From contig CAVQBA010000004.1 of assembly GCA_963710605.1 (NCBI GenBank), forward strand, positions 352,001-416,000: 64,000 nt of DNA. The letters run 5' to 3'. Position numbers and translations under genes: made by a program. The first letter of the stretch is position 1. Every line of letters starts with the position of its first letter. Source of the stretch: an uncultured cyanobacterium (GTDB lineage: Bacteria; Cyanobacteriota; Cyanobacteriia; Cyanobacteriales; Cyanobacteriaceae). The notes below the pieces were generated by a model. That model made no database searches. It was not told the DNA's origin and saw nothing but the letters and a program-made list of their open reading frames with translations. This document shows, piece by piece, positions 10,498 to 23,247 of the stretch.

Positions 10498-11379
10498 ATG
10501 AATCACCAATTAGCATTCTTAGGTTTGGGAGTCATGGGTGCACCAATGACTAAAAATTTGTTTGACGCAGGTTGTTCTATCAAAGCTTGGAATCGAACCA
10601 AAGATAGTCCACTTGTTACCAACTTACAACAAAATTCAGCAGTAACGATCGTTTCTACTATTAAAGAAGCCGTAGAATCTGCCGAGATTATTTTTACCTG
10701 TTTATCCGATGTACCCGATGTTGAAGAAGTACTTTTATCAGAAACAGGAGCAATACAATATATTCAACCTCAAACATTAATTGTCGATTTTAGCACGATC
10801 GGTAGTCAAGCCGCTCAACGTATTGCCAAACAATTAGCTAAAAAACAAATTCATTTTGTTGATGCCCCCGTCTCAGGTGGAGATATTGGTGCAATAAAAG
10901 GTACATTAACCATCATGGCAGGAGGTAGCGTTACTGATTTTGCTTTATGCGAACCTTATCTTAAAATAGTTGGCAAAAATATTACTCATTGTGGAGAAGT
11001 AGGTAGCGGGCAAGCCGTCAAATTATGTAATCAGGTTTTAGGTAGCTTACACATGGTGGCTTTATGTGAAGCAATGCAATTAGCCGAAAAACAAGGAATC
11101 GATCGTAATCTTATTGTAGAAGTTTGTGGTACGGGTGCGGCTGGTTCGTGGGCATTAACTAATCTTGGTAAGAAGGTAATCGAGGGCGATTATGAACCGG
11201 GTTTTATGATTAAACACATTCTCAAGGATTTACGTTTAGTAGAAGAAGTATTAAACAAAGATGATGTTTTACCAGGTACTGAATTAGCGAAAAAAATGTT
11301 TCAAACAGCCGCCGATTTAAACGATGGTGAAGGTTATACTCAAGGCACACAAGCAATGATTAAAAGCTACGACAAATAA
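10498..11379 (+). CDS. NAD(P)-dependent oxidoreductase, 3-hydroxyisobutyrate dehydrogenase family
   Basis: FLGLGVMG, DAPVSGG and GSGQAVKLCNQ. The ATG at 10498 is preferred because the upstream TTG lies inside a heptamer array. Confidence 0.9.
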   Translation: MNHQLAFLGLGVMGAPMTKNLFDAGCSIKAWNRTKDSPLVTNLQQNSAVTIVSTIKEAVESAEIIFTCLSDVPDVEEVLLSETGAIQYIQPQTLIVDFSTIGSQAAQRIAKQLAKKQIHFVDAPVSGGDIGAIKGTLTIMAGGSVTDFALCEPYLKIVGKNITHCGEVGSGQAVKLCNQVLGSLHMVALCEAMQLAEKQGIDRNLIVEVCGTGAAGSWALTNLGKKVIEGDYEPGFMIKHILKDLRLVEEVLNKDDVLPGTELAKKMFQTAADLNDGEGYTQGTQAMIKSYDK

Positions 11380-11412
11380 TGGAGAATGGAGAATGGAGAA
11401 TAAAGAATTGAG
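11378..11412. repeat. Heptamer array (AATGGAG)n
   Basis: 3 perfect and 2 degenerate units after the stop codon. Confidence 0.85.
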
Positions 11413-11645
11413 AGTTATTTCACATAAAAATGAGACAATTTGTTATTTTTAATTTTAGTTTAATTTATTAAACGCTCTTTGTGTTAGCGATGACAATGGT
11501 AATTCAAGGTGGGTTTTATACTCAAATTTTACCGATCGTTATTTATGTTTTAGTCTAAATTTAAATGACGATAATTTACAATCAATTCTTCAATATTTTA
11601 CAAATTAGCTCTTAACATTAAACCATTGCTGATGGGTAAAGCTAT

Positions 11646-12512
11646 TTATTTTTGTGCAATCAGTGTTGCAAACTTTCCTTGATAGGGTAATCCCTGTTCA
11701 TCCATTCGCCCGAACGTACCCAACTCTTCTTTATATTTATGAATTTTCCATAAATTATAATAGTTCTTAAGTTCATTTTCGGCAAAGGTAAAAGGAAAAT
11801 CAATCGGACAAGGACAATCATTTGTCGAGACAGGAGCAACAATTAAATTATATCCCCCAGATAAGGTTTGTTCTTGCATATTTTGTATCACCGAACTAAC
11901 AGATACAGGTTGTAAAAACTGAAAAACTACGGTAGAAATAATCAAATCGTAATGATTCACGATCGATGCACTCTGGATATCGTATATTTTGGCATTAATA
12001 CCTTTACATTCTTCTTCGGTATCAATAATTTCTTGAAGTTTGCTAATAGCTGTTTCCGATTTATCCAAAGCTGTGACAGAAAAACCCCTTGTTTGAAGTA
12101 AGATACTATTACGACCTCGACCACTTCCTAAATCCAAGGCATTTCCCGATTGAATATATTTTAAAATCTCAATTACCTCTGAATGGGGCGCCCAAAGATG
12201 ATATTTCTTTTGATAGTAATCTTCTTGAAGACAATAAAATTCGATAAAACAACGTAAATTATCTCCTAAAGGCTCAACCTTATGCCACACTTGAGGCTCA
12301 ATTAATGGTGGTGGATTTTCTCTAGAATAGACATGAGTCGATCGTATATCACCATTTTCATCTAAACCATAATACTTCAACTCTCCTTCTAAGATTGTCA
12401 GTTTCGCCCAAGTCCCTTGCTGTGTATTATGTTTGTTTTGAAAAGACTGTGGTAAAGTATCTTTTGTCCAAACAGGTAATGTCTGATATTTGACTAATTT
12501 ATTATCTATCAT
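11646..12512 (-). CDS. tehB: SAM-dependent methyltransferase TehB with N-terminal DUF1971-like domain
   Basis: HNTQQGTWAKL N-terminal domain, ALDLGSGRGRN SAM motif and C-terminal FATLIAQK. Confidence 0.9.
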   Translation of the reverse strand: MIDNKLVKYQTLPVWTKDTLPQSFQNKHNTQQGTWAKLTILEGELKYYGLDENGDIRSTHVYSRENPPPLIEPQVWHKVEPLGDNLRCFIEFYCLQEDYYQKKYHLWAPHSEVIEILKYIQSGNALDLGSGRGRNSILLQTRGFSVTALDKSETAISKLQEIIDTEEECKGINAKIYDIQSASIVNHYDLIISTVVFQFLQPVSVSSVIQNMQEQTLSGGYNLIVAPVSTNDCPCPIDFPFTFAENELKNYYNLWKIHKYKEELGTFGRMDEQGLPYQGKFATLIAQK

Positions 12513-12616
12513 CTTTTTTTGTGTTTCGAGCTACTTTGTTTCTTAGTTACCTTAACACGCAGGTTTACTCCAACTCCATTCAGTAGCGAGTTAGTTTTAC
12601 TCCAATAATTATTTAT

Positions 12617-13909
12617 CTATTCATTATTCAGACTAGATACTCTAGATACTATTTGACTAACTAAATCAGCAATTTTTGCACTTGCCCCTGATTCTCCTCT
12701 CACTTGTTTTAATTGAGATTTTATCTGCTCTAATTTTTCCTTATTTTCAAGTAAATCTAAAACCAAATCACCGACTTGAGTTACAGTAAGATTACCGATT
12801 AATTCGGGGACGATTTCTTTTTTTGCCCAGATATTTGGCCAGCCATAAAGTTTATTATTTTTACGAGTATAATCGATCGCTATCTTATTAATTAAAGTCG
12901 CAAAACGATCGCCTATTAAAGGTAAATTTGCCAGTAATCCGGGTAAACCATCCCACGACTTCATCGCTGTTAATTGATAAGTCGGAATTAAAATAATCAT
13001 CGGGATAGATAAAGCACCTAATTGAGCAGTATTTGCTCCCACTGTAGTCAAGCATAAATCACATTGTTTTAATTCTTCGTAACAAGGAAATTGCGTAATA
13101 AGTTTAATTTTAATACCTCCTGAAGTTTGTAAATAATATTTATTTTCTACTTCTATTAGTTCTCCTGTTACATCACCTAAAATATTAATAAAAGAATTAT
13201 TTTCTTTTTTTCCATAACTAGCTAAAATATCTTTATCAATAGTTGGAGCAACAGGAATAATAAATTCTAAATTTTCTTTCTTACTTTGTAAATATTCAGC
13301 GATCGCCATTAAAAAAGGAACACCTTGCATTAATTTACTTGGTTTAGAACCTGGTAATAAACCTATTTTTATTTGATCATCATTACTATTAAAAGAACTT
13401 TTTAAATCATTATTTACTTCTTCTATATCAGCCATCAAATCGCCAACAACAGTAAATTTATGATGATATTTCAGGGGAATTTTATCGATAACACTTTGAT
13501 TCATCACAGCAAAACGATCGAGATAACGATACCATCTAGCATCCCATTCAGCATAAATCAAACTTTGATAATTAAATCTTTTAGCAATAGTTAAAGCAAA
13601 AAATTGATCTCCTCCTAAAAACAAAACCAATCCTTGTGAATACCAATCCCAATTGTCTTTTGTTTTACCCGATAACAAAAAAGAAAAAAAATTATCTGCC
13701 GATTGAATACGATCGATTTGCGGTAGTTTACGAGCCAAATTAACCTCATTACCAGTAGCGTGAGGGCAAGGAGATAAAATCAAAGAGATACGTAGATTAT
13801 CTTGATTGAGTTCGGCTTTAGCCCTTATTTGCTTGACTACAGGAAAAACCCATGTGGTAATTTCTCCAGGACCGTTGGATAAAATGATAAGATCAAAGTT
13901 AGAATTCAT
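12617..13909 (-). CDS. Lipid-A-disaccharide synthase (LpxB)-like glycosyltransferase
   Basis: LSNGPGE N-terminus, LLPGSK, GANTAQL and PNIWAKKEIVPEL. Confidence 0.8.
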   Translation of the reverse strand: MNSNFDLIILSNGPGEITTWVFPVVKQIRAKAELNQDNLRISLILSPCPHATGNEVNLARKLPQIDRIQSADNFFSFLLSGKTKDNWDWYSQGLVLFLGGDQFFALTIAKRFNYQSLIYAEWDARWYRYLDRFAVMNQSVIDKIPLKYHHKFTVVGDLMADIEEVNNDLKSSFNSNDDQIKIGLLPGSKPSKLMQGVPFLMAIAEYLQSKKENLEFIIPVAPTIDKDILASYGKKENNSFINILGDVTGELIEVENKYYLQTSGGIKIKLITQFPCYEELKQCDLCLTTVGANTAQLGALSIPMIILIPTYQLTAMKSWDGLPGLLANLPLIGDRFATLINKIAIDYTRKNNKLYGWPNIWAKKEIVPELIGNLTVTQVGDLVLDLLENKEKLEQIKSQLKQVRGESGASAKIADLVSQIVSRVSSLNNE

Positions 13910-14165
13910 TCTTAAAATTAAAAATTGAGATTAATCTATATATACTAAGTCTTCGTACTTTATATTGATTATCACCACTGTAAACAAAAGGCATGGCTTA
14001 TCTCTACAATAATAAAAATTTATTTGTATTTTGGTGGGTAATATATTTCCCGAAAGTACAAATGGGGTAATTTATCTGAGTCTGATCTAAATACTTTAAA
14101 ATAGCTTATAAGTTTATCGAAAAAATAATTAAGTATTAATCAATCATCAATGTGATCAATTTTTA

Positions 14166-15452
14166 ATGATATTAGCTGAAGAATTATTACAACTTACCCT
14201 TAAAAAGGGTATTTCTGAAGTCGAAGTTTATCAAGTAGAATCATATTCTCGCCCAATTAGTTTTGAAGCTAATCGTCTTAAACAAATAGAAACTTCACAA
14301 ACTACCGCAATTGCCTTACGTTTATGGCAGAATAATTGCCCTGGTTTAGCTGTTGCTTATGGTGATTTTAATCCTGAAGATTTGATTGCTAAAGCATTAA
14401 CTATCTCTCAACTCAACCCGGCAGAAGAGATACTACTTAATAGTAATCAAAAATTAATTTATCCTCGTTTGTCTAGTCAACCAGATTTGCCCAAATTAAT
14501 TAATTTAGGTGAAAAAACGATCGCTTCTATTCGTCAACAAAACTCTGAATGCTTAGTCAATCTTGAACTAGAATGGGAAGAGCAAACTAGTACTATTCTC
14601 AACTCCCGTGGTTTACATTGCCAACAAACCGTCATCACTCAAAGTGCATCCATCGCTTTAGAATTAGTACAACAAGAAGATTTTTTAGGTATCTATGATG
14701 GCGAATATACTCAGCAAGAATTAGATTTAGACAGAATGATAGGTGCGGTTTTACAAAAACTGAAATGGGCTGACAAAAACGCCGAAATTAGTAGTTGTCA
14801 AATACCAATTTTATTTACACCAGATGGTGCAACAGCTTCTTTATGGGAAACTATCACCGAAGCCTTCAACGGAAAATATATTTTAGATAAATCTTCTCCT
14901 TGGAGTGAATCTATTGGTAAACCAGTTGTCTCGCCCTTAATTACCTTAAGCCAAAAACCAAATTTTCAGCCTTATAATTGCCCTTTTGATGATGAAGGTA
15001 CAATTACTCAATATCTTAGTTTAATTAAAAAAGGTATTTTAGAAAACGTTTATACTGATAAAAAGACAGCTAAAAAATTAGGTATTGAAAATACAGCTAA
15101 TGGTTTTCGTCCGAGTTTGGGTAGCTATTCTACTCCTGATTTAGTTAATTTAATAATTGCAGAAGGTAATTCATCCCAACGTCAACTAATTAATAGTTTG
15201 CCCGAAGCAATAATTGTTGATCAAATTTTAGGAGAAGGTGCAGATATCTCAGGAGATTTCTCTTTTAATATTGATTTAGGTTATTTGGTTAAAAATGGTG
15301 AAATAGTAGGTAGAATAAAGGACACCATGTTATCAGGAAATATTTATCAAGCACTTCAACAAACAATGGCAGTTGGTAACGATCGACTTTGGTCAGGTTC
15401 TTGTTATACTCCTTCTATCCTTATTGATCAACTTTCTGTTATCACTAATTAA
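14166..15452 (+). CDS. TldD/PmbA family protein (PmbA/TldE-like)
   Basis: PFDDEG, SGDFS and GEIVGRIKDTMLSGN motifs. Confidence 0.88.
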   Translation: MILAEELLQLTLKKGISEVEVYQVESYSRPISFEANRLKQIETSQTTAIALRLWQNNCPGLAVAYGDFNPEDLIAKALTISQLNPAEEILLNSNQKLIYPRLSSQPDLPKLINLGEKTIASIRQQNSECLVNLELEWEEQTSTILNSRGLHCQQTVITQSASIALELVQQEDFLGIYDGEYTQQELDLDRMIGAVLQKLKWADKNAEISSCQIPILFTPDGATASLWETITEAFNGKYILDKSSPWSESIGKPVVSPLITLSQKPNFQPYNCPFDDEGTITQYLSLIKKGILENVYTDKKTAKKLGIENTANGFRPSLGSYSTPDLVNLIIAEGNSSQRQLINSLPEAIIVDQILGEGADISGDFSFNIDLGYLVKNGEIVGRIKDTMLSGNIYQALQQTMAVGNDRLWSGSCYTPSILIDQLSVITN

Positions 15453-15674
15453 TTTAAACCTGTAACTTTGAATGAAGGTAATTATCAATTATCAATCATG
15501 AATTATCGCCACCAATACATAAATATTATAGAGATTAATCTATACCCTATATATAAATATAGTGTGAATAGCCCTTATAATAGTGTTAAAATGTAAGAGA
15601 AATGCTTTTTTGATTGAAAAATCGTTCAAGGTACAAAAAACTGTTTATATCCTCAATTAGGAGGAAAGTCATAA

Positions 15675-17613
<1,939 letters not shown>

Positions 17614-17652
17614 ATTAGCTTTTTGTTAATTAAAATTAATATTTTTTCCTCC

Positions 17653-17759
17653 TATAGCAAGTAACAACTAAGGCGTGGACATTTCTACCACCCCTAACCC
17701 CTCCTTCAAAGGATGGGGAACACTATTCAACTGTTGCAAATAACTCTTTTACTGCTATA
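17653..17759. mobile_element. MITE-like element TATAGCA...TGCTATA, inserted in the putative gyrB terminator
   Basis: 107 bp with inverted ends. The flanks TTCCTCCTAT and ATAGGGGGAA-T9 re-form a hairpin with a U-tract when the element is removed. Confidence 0.65.
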
Positions 17760-17875
17760 CATAGGGGGAATTTTTTTTTGTATTAGTTCAATTTATTGAA
17801 CGATTTTATTTGAGCCTTGAACTTAAGTTCAAGGCTAATCATGTACGTTAATATCACGTTAACTTCAAACTTAAT

Positions 17876-18108
17876 CTAGGCATAGTCTTGATATTGATAA
17901 AAATCTTCAGTACAAGAATCTGTAAATTCAGTCAAATCACTACCTTCTTGATAGAAATTGATCATGGCTTGAGTGGCATCTTTTAGACTAAGAGTTTGAT
18001 TTTTTCTTTTAAGTCAATTAGAGTTTTTAACCCTAATTTAATGGCTTCCTCCTCTGTTTTTAAACCTGTTATTTCCATCGCTTCGGTTATTAACTGTTTT
18101 AATTGCAT
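17876..18108 (-). CDS. Small VapB/DUF2191-like antitoxin (77 aa if one A is restored in a homopolymer near 18000); absent from the ORF track
   Basis: Manual translation MQLKQLITEAMEITGLKTEEEAIKLGLKTLIDLKEK/NQTLSLKDATQAMINFYQEGSDLTEFTDSCTEDFYQYQDYA*; the span is 233 nt. Confidence 0.55.
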
Positions 18109-18433
18109 CTTGATAATGACGATCGAAAGTATAACAATAATTATATCAATCTTACCAAAATGAAAATGAAGTCAAAATCGATCGTTTTCTTCCTTGATTT
18201 TTAGTTATGATTAAATAATAGTAAAAAAATACTAGGTGATGACAGATGGATATTTTAAAGGCGAAGGCACAAAGTGAAGATACATCGATCGAAAACTTAT
18301 TAAATATTAATCAAATAGCCTTGTAATGATAATTAAAGGTTGGTTTTATACTCACATTTTTACGATTATTAATACTATCTCAATTCTTTTTTTAAACGAC
18401 TATAATTTTTACGTTCGAGAATAAAATAAGTTA

Positions 18434-21400
18434 ATGATAAAAAATAAGATGAATCAAAAAAGAATTAATAAGAAAAGTAATAAATCTCAAGTATTATTGG
18501 CTATATTGAATCCAAAAAATTCTCCTAAAGACTTATTAGATAAGTGGGGAAAAATGTTTACTGATTACAGTGAATATAATCATCTTACGACTACTGCTAA
18601 GTTTCATATTAACAATCCGACTGGTTACATTCTTGATAATAATTGGGAAGACATTGTTTCTCAACAACAACTTAACTTGATTTTACGTTGTGATAATTTT
18701 TTGTTAGAGATATTAGTAGCTGGTGATTTTATCCCAAAAAAGATTATTGAAAAAATAATTAAAGGTGATTCAAAGTATTTACCAATTCTCAAGATAATTT
18801 GTCGTTATCTACCGTCTCTTACTATTGAAAATATCGATTGTATCGTTGCTTTATGTAATGAAGAATTACTCTTTAATTTAGTTAAAAATGAATATATTAA
18901 TAACGATCGTGTTTTACAATATATGTTGCAAGAAATATTTGAACTAACTCAACCAAATCAAGAACAAAATATTAGAGAAGCGATTGCTTCTAATCCTAAT
19001 ACACCTACTAAAATTTTAGTTAAATTAGCTCAAGAAAATAATCGACAAATTAAGCAAATATTATTACAAAACAAGAATACACCGCTAATAGTTAAAGAAA
19101 GAATTACCCAACAATTAACGCCAAGAAAAAAAGCCAAAGATATTAACAATAAGACTACTTATGTAAGAAAATTAATTAAGTTGGCTGATAGCGAGAATAT
19201 TAATCATCGTATTAGTGTAGTCAATAATTCTCATACTCCTTTTTCTCTTTTACAAACACTAGCTAACGATAAAAGAAAGAAAGTGCGTCAAATTGTCATG
19301 ATGCGATACACCACAATCGCTAAAAATCCAGATACAGCTGTTGATGTTTTAGTTGAATTAGCGAAAAAGGAAGACAAAGAAATTTACGTAGGATTAATTA
19401 GTAATCCCAATACACCAGAAGAAGTAATTAAAAAAATATTAGATACTGTCGATATATCCAAATGGGAAATAAAAACTTTACATCAAATAGCAAAACAACC
19501 TCAAACACCCGCAATTACTTTAGAGGCATTAGCAAAAATATCGAATCGGGCTATTGATTTGAGTTTAGCAGTTAATGTTAATACACCAATGCACATATTA
19601 GAAAAATTAGTCACGACATCTAATGACGATATTCGTTTTGCTATTGCAGAAAATCCTGCTATACCAGTAGATATTTTAGAATATTTAATGACTATTTATC
19701 CGTTAGACAAACTAGCAACAGTATCTAATCCGAAGATGTGTCTAGCGATTGTTAAAAATCCTCAAGCTACAGAAAGTATCTTAGAATCTCTTGCACCAGA
19801 TATTGTTAATCTTGATATGTACACTTTAGAAAAAGTTGTTCAACATCCTAATATGCCTATGAGTATATTAGAAAAGTTAAGTGATAGTCAATATGCTTTA
19901 GTGCAAAGAGGAGTCGCTAAAAATCCGAAAGCCACTGTCGCTATCTGGCGAAATATCATGAAGCATAAATCTTCGATTGGCGGTTTTGAAGGAATTGCTA
20001 GTAACCCTAATACTCCTGTAGATATTTTAGAAGAGTTGTTGGATAATTCGATCGAACAAGGTTTCTCTGGTGATACTATACCTGTTTATATTGCTAATCA
20101 TCCTAATACTCCAGTATATCTTTTAGAGAAGTTAGTAGCGATCGCTTCTGACACTAAAAATAATTGGACAAAAAGAAATATAAATACTGGTTACAATCTC
20201 ATTGTATCTAATTGCGATGTATTTCGCGATTTATTGGTAGCTTTAGCGAAAAATCCTCTTTTACCTATTAATTACTTGAGATTATTTATCGAAAAAGCCA
20301 ATTTTCGTGAGATGAAATGGGCAATAGCTGAAAATCCTCGTACTCCTATTGATATTCTTGAAAGTTTATCTACTGATACAGAATGTTACTATTCTTTAGC
20401 AAGAAATCCTGCTTTACCTTCCCATATTGCTCAAACAATAGTAAATAATTGTAGTAATAATTATACTCTCGAATTATTATTTGAACATAATCAACATCTT
20501 AACCAAAAAGTTTTAGATATATTAGCCGTCAAAAAAAATTTAGAAATTCGTGTCTTAGTCGCTAAATATCCTCATACTTCAGTTGATATTTTATCTCGAT
20601 TACTGGGAAATGTAAATATGAATGTGCGTGAAGCAGTAAAAAATAATCCTCATACTCCTTTGTCTTTAATCCAAGAAGCAAAAATGGCTTATTATCTTGC
20701 TTCTTTTTCCAATTCAACAAAAGAATTAGCGACTTTAGCCACAACACCTTGGCATAATATCAAGGGTGTGGTGGCAAGTAATATCTTTACTTCTACTGCT
20801 ACTTTAGAGAAATTAAGTAACGATTCGATTGACTTTTTATTTAATAGTGATGGTAATGCAGAGTATCGTTTTGAGCAAGTTTTTCCCACAATTCAATCTT
20901 TGGTAAAAAATATTGCTACTCCAGAAAAATGTTTAAATTTATTCGTTAATGTATTCACCGAAAACGAACAATTTACTCAGATACTTCAACAGATTATTTA
21001 TGAGATTGAAGCTAGTATGAATACATCATATCTAAAAGCTATCGAATGTCGTAATCAAATTTTAGAATCGATTGCACTTCATCCCCAAACTAATATTAAT
21101 ATTCTAAACAAATTATTTCAAGACCGAAACAGTGAAATGATTAAAAATATTGAGAAACAATATCACATTCAAAATAATTATTACTATCGAGAAAAATATA
21201 ACAATAAATCAGTTAAAATTGCAATCGCTAAAAGCAAAAATGTTTCTCTTTCTTTACTTCAACAATTAATAGAGGAAGATGATCGTCAAATTTGTCAAGA
21301 GGCAAGAAAGAAATGTTTACAAAAATATCCTGAAAGTTTATTAGAAATACTCAAATTTTACAGTAATTCATCTCAACCATTAATTACCAGAGTATTAGTG

Positions 21401-21574
21401 TTAAGACATCCACAAATGCCAGAAGAGATATTAAGGAAAAAAGTTCGTTCTCTTTATTGGTTAGAAAGATTATCCGTAGCAATGAATCCTAATACTCCTG
21501 ATGAGATTAAACAACAATTAAGTAATGATAGCAATACGATCGTTCGTCATGTTGTATCTAACCAATTACCATAG
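18434..21574 (+). CDS. Leucine-rich-variant (LRV)/HEAT-like repeat protein
   Basis: More than 20 recurrences of (A)xNPxTPxxILExL and a C-terminal WLERLSVAMNPNTP. Confidence 0.85.
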   Translation: MIKNKMNQKRINKKSNKSQVLLAILNPKNSPKDLLDKWGKMFTDYSEYNHLTTTAKFHINNPTGYILDNNWEDIVSQQQLNLILRCDNFLLEILVAGDFIPKKIIEKIIKGDSKYLPILKIICRYLPSLTIENIDCIVALCNEELLFNLVKNEYINNDRVLQYMLQEIFELTQPNQEQNIREAIASNPNTPTKILVKLAQENNRQIKQILLQNKNTPLIVKERITQQLTPRKKAKDINNKTTYVRKLIKLADSENINHRISVVNNSHTPFSLLQTLANDKRKKVRQIVMMRYTTIAKNPDTAVDVLVELAKKEDKEIYVGLISNPNTPEEVIKKILDTVDISKWEIKTLHQIAKQPQTPAITLEALAKISNRAIDLSLAVNVNTPMHILEKLVTTSNDDIRFAIAENPAIPVDILEYLMTIYPLDKLATVSNPKMCLAIVKNPQATESILESLAPDIVNLDMYTLEKVVQHPNMPMSILEKLSDSQYALVQRGVAKNPKATVAIWRNIMKHKSSIGGFEGIASNPNTPVDILEELLDNSIEQGFSGDTIPVYIANHPNTPVYLLEKLVAIASDTKNNWTKRNINTGYNLIVSNCDVFRDLLVALAKNPLLPINYLRLFIEKANFREMKWAIAENPRTPIDILESLSTDTECYYSLARNPALPSHIAQTIVNNCSNNYTLELLFEHNQHLNQKVLDILAVKKNLEIRVLVAKYPHTSVDILSRLLGNVNMNVREAVKNNPHTPLSLIQEAKMAYYLASFSNSTKELATLATTPWHNIKGVVASNIFTSTATLEKLSNDSIDFLFNSDGNAEYRFEQVFPTIQSLVKNIATPEKCLNLFVNVFTENEQFTQILQQIIYEIEASMNTSYLKAIECRNQILESIALHPQTNINILNKLFQDRNSEMIKNIEKQYHIQNNYYYREKYNNKSVKIAIAKSKNVSLSLLQQLIEEDDRQICQEARKKCLQKYPESLLEILKFYSNSSQPLITRVLVLRHPQMPEEILRKKVRSLYWLERLSVAMNPNTPDEIKQQLSNDSNTIVRHVVSNQLP

Positions 21575-21585
21575 TATTTTAAACC

Positions 21586-21611
21586 GTAGGGGTTGAACAT
21601 TGTTCAACCCT
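21586..21611. repeat. GTAG-type REP palindrome
   Basis: GTAG-GGGTTGAACA-T-TGTTCAACCC; inverted copy at 38608-38633. Confidence 0.85.
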
Positions 21612-21658
21612 TGCTAAGCAAAAATAAATTAAATTAGTCTAAGTTTATTATTAATTAT

Positions 21659-22117
21659 TTGATGATGATGTCTCAAAACGATCGTTTTAATCTAAATCGC
21701 TTTTTAACAGCACAGGAAACTATTTATCCACAAGTTTTAAAAGAACTTAAAAATGGTCGAAAACGATCGCACTGGATGTGGTTTATCTTTCCACAAATAG
21801 AAGGTTTAGGAAAAAGCTCAACCTCAGTATTTTATAGTATTAAAGATAAAGAAGAAGCAAAAGCATATCTAAACCATCCGATTCTCGGTCAAAGATTATT
21901 AGAATGTACTAACATAATTTTATCGATCGAAAAACTTTCTGCGTCGCAAATTTTTGGTTTTCCCGATGACATGAAATTAAAATCTTCGATGACATTATTT
22001 TCCTCTGTTTCTACTACTAATTCTGTATTTGAACAAGTTTTAGAAAAATTCTTTCAAGGAAATAGAGACGAAAAAACCGACCATTTATTAGCAAAAATAA
22101 AACCCTATAAGCTATAA
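21659..22117 (+). CDS. DUF1810 family protein
   Basis: LNRFLTAQ, GRKRSHWMWFIFPQ and KLKSSMTLF. The true start is probably one of the downstream ATGs. Confidence 0.9.
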   Translation: MMMMSQNDRFNLNRFLTAQETIYPQVLKELKNGRKRSHWMWFIFPQIEGLGKSSTSVFYSIKDKEEAKAYLNHPILGQRLLECTNIILSIEKLSASQIFGFPDDMKLKSSMTLFSSVSTTNSVFEQVLEKFFQGNRDEKTDHLLAKIKPYKL

Positions 22118-22247
22118 ACAAAAACTATACAGCTAACACCTAAAACTTAACACCTAACACCTAAATCTAGCTAAGTAGGAAAATTTTCTTGTATCATAGT
22201 ATATCAATCTAGATTACTTATTTGTTCCTTGACTCTAAAAAAAGTAT

Positions 22248-23064
22248 ATGACTGTTATTCCCCAAAATTTAGAAGAAACAATTACCCAAGCAAAAAAAGC
22301 TCTAGATGTAGCTTTAAATGAGTGGTTGTACTCGTATAACGATCGATTTAGTCATCCCCGAAATAGCTCTTAAAGCACAATATTTAGCCTCAGAATTTGC
22401 CGATTTTTTTAGTGGTTATGGTTCGGGTTTAAAAGTTATTTTTCCTGATGTTGGTGCGGCGGCATTAGCTAAAAGAGATTGGGGCGAAACAGAATTTTTA
22501 GTCACCGATATTGGTAGTAGTCGCACACCCATTACTAACAAAATTAGCGATAGTGATGAAATATTTTTAGTCGTTTCTCCTTCAGCCGTTGAAGTGGGCT
22601 TAGTTGAAAAATTATGTAATATAGCAGAACACAGACCAGTAGTAATTTTAATTCCTCAGTTAGAGGATGTATCTATTGTCGGTATCGGTTATGCCGCCAG
22701 ACAATTAAGAGATCGATTTATCAGTATTTTAGAATCAGCTTATTATTATCGTCCCCTCAATTCTGCTGTTGTTTTACGTAGTTACCCGCAATTATGGCAA
22801 GTATGGCAAAACAAAAAAAATCCTGAGATTGATTTTGAGCTAGATGAAGAAACTTCAATGCCTATCCAAAATTATGAAGATTATGAATTAGTCGCCGAAG
22901 TACAACAAAAACCATTAGGAGAAGCCTTAGAAAGAATCTTATTAGGAGAATCTAACGACGATGATGACGATGACGGTGATGGTAACTCAGCAAAAATCAA
23001 AACTCCTTCTGCTTCAGGCTTAATCGGCTCACTTAAAAGTTTTCTACGAGCATTGAATAGTTAG
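22248..23064 (+). CDS. DUF1995 family protein, apparent +1 indel near 22316
   Basis: ATG at 22248 gives MTVIPQNLEETITQAKKAL, which joins the ORF carrying FPDVGAAALAKRDW and VGIGYAARQLR; the span is 817 nt. Confidence 0.8.
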
Positions 23065-23067
23065 GGA

Positions 23068-23193
23068 ATGAGTAAGGAGTAAGGAGTAATGAGTAATGAG
23101 TAATGAGTAAGAAATATTAATTGTCAATTGTCAATTGTCAATTGTCCATTATTTAAGTTGTTCACTATTCATTGTTCATTGTTCATTGTTCAC
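23068..23193. repeat. Compound heptamer arrays (AGTAAGG/AGTAATG, TTGTCAA, TTGTTCA)
   Basis: Three adjacent 7-nt-period blocks between the DUF1995 gene and ndhB. Confidence 0.9.
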
Positions 23194-23247
23194 TGTCGTT
23201 GTTTTCACGGTAAGATTGACTATTGAACGTTTTAAATTTGATTGATT

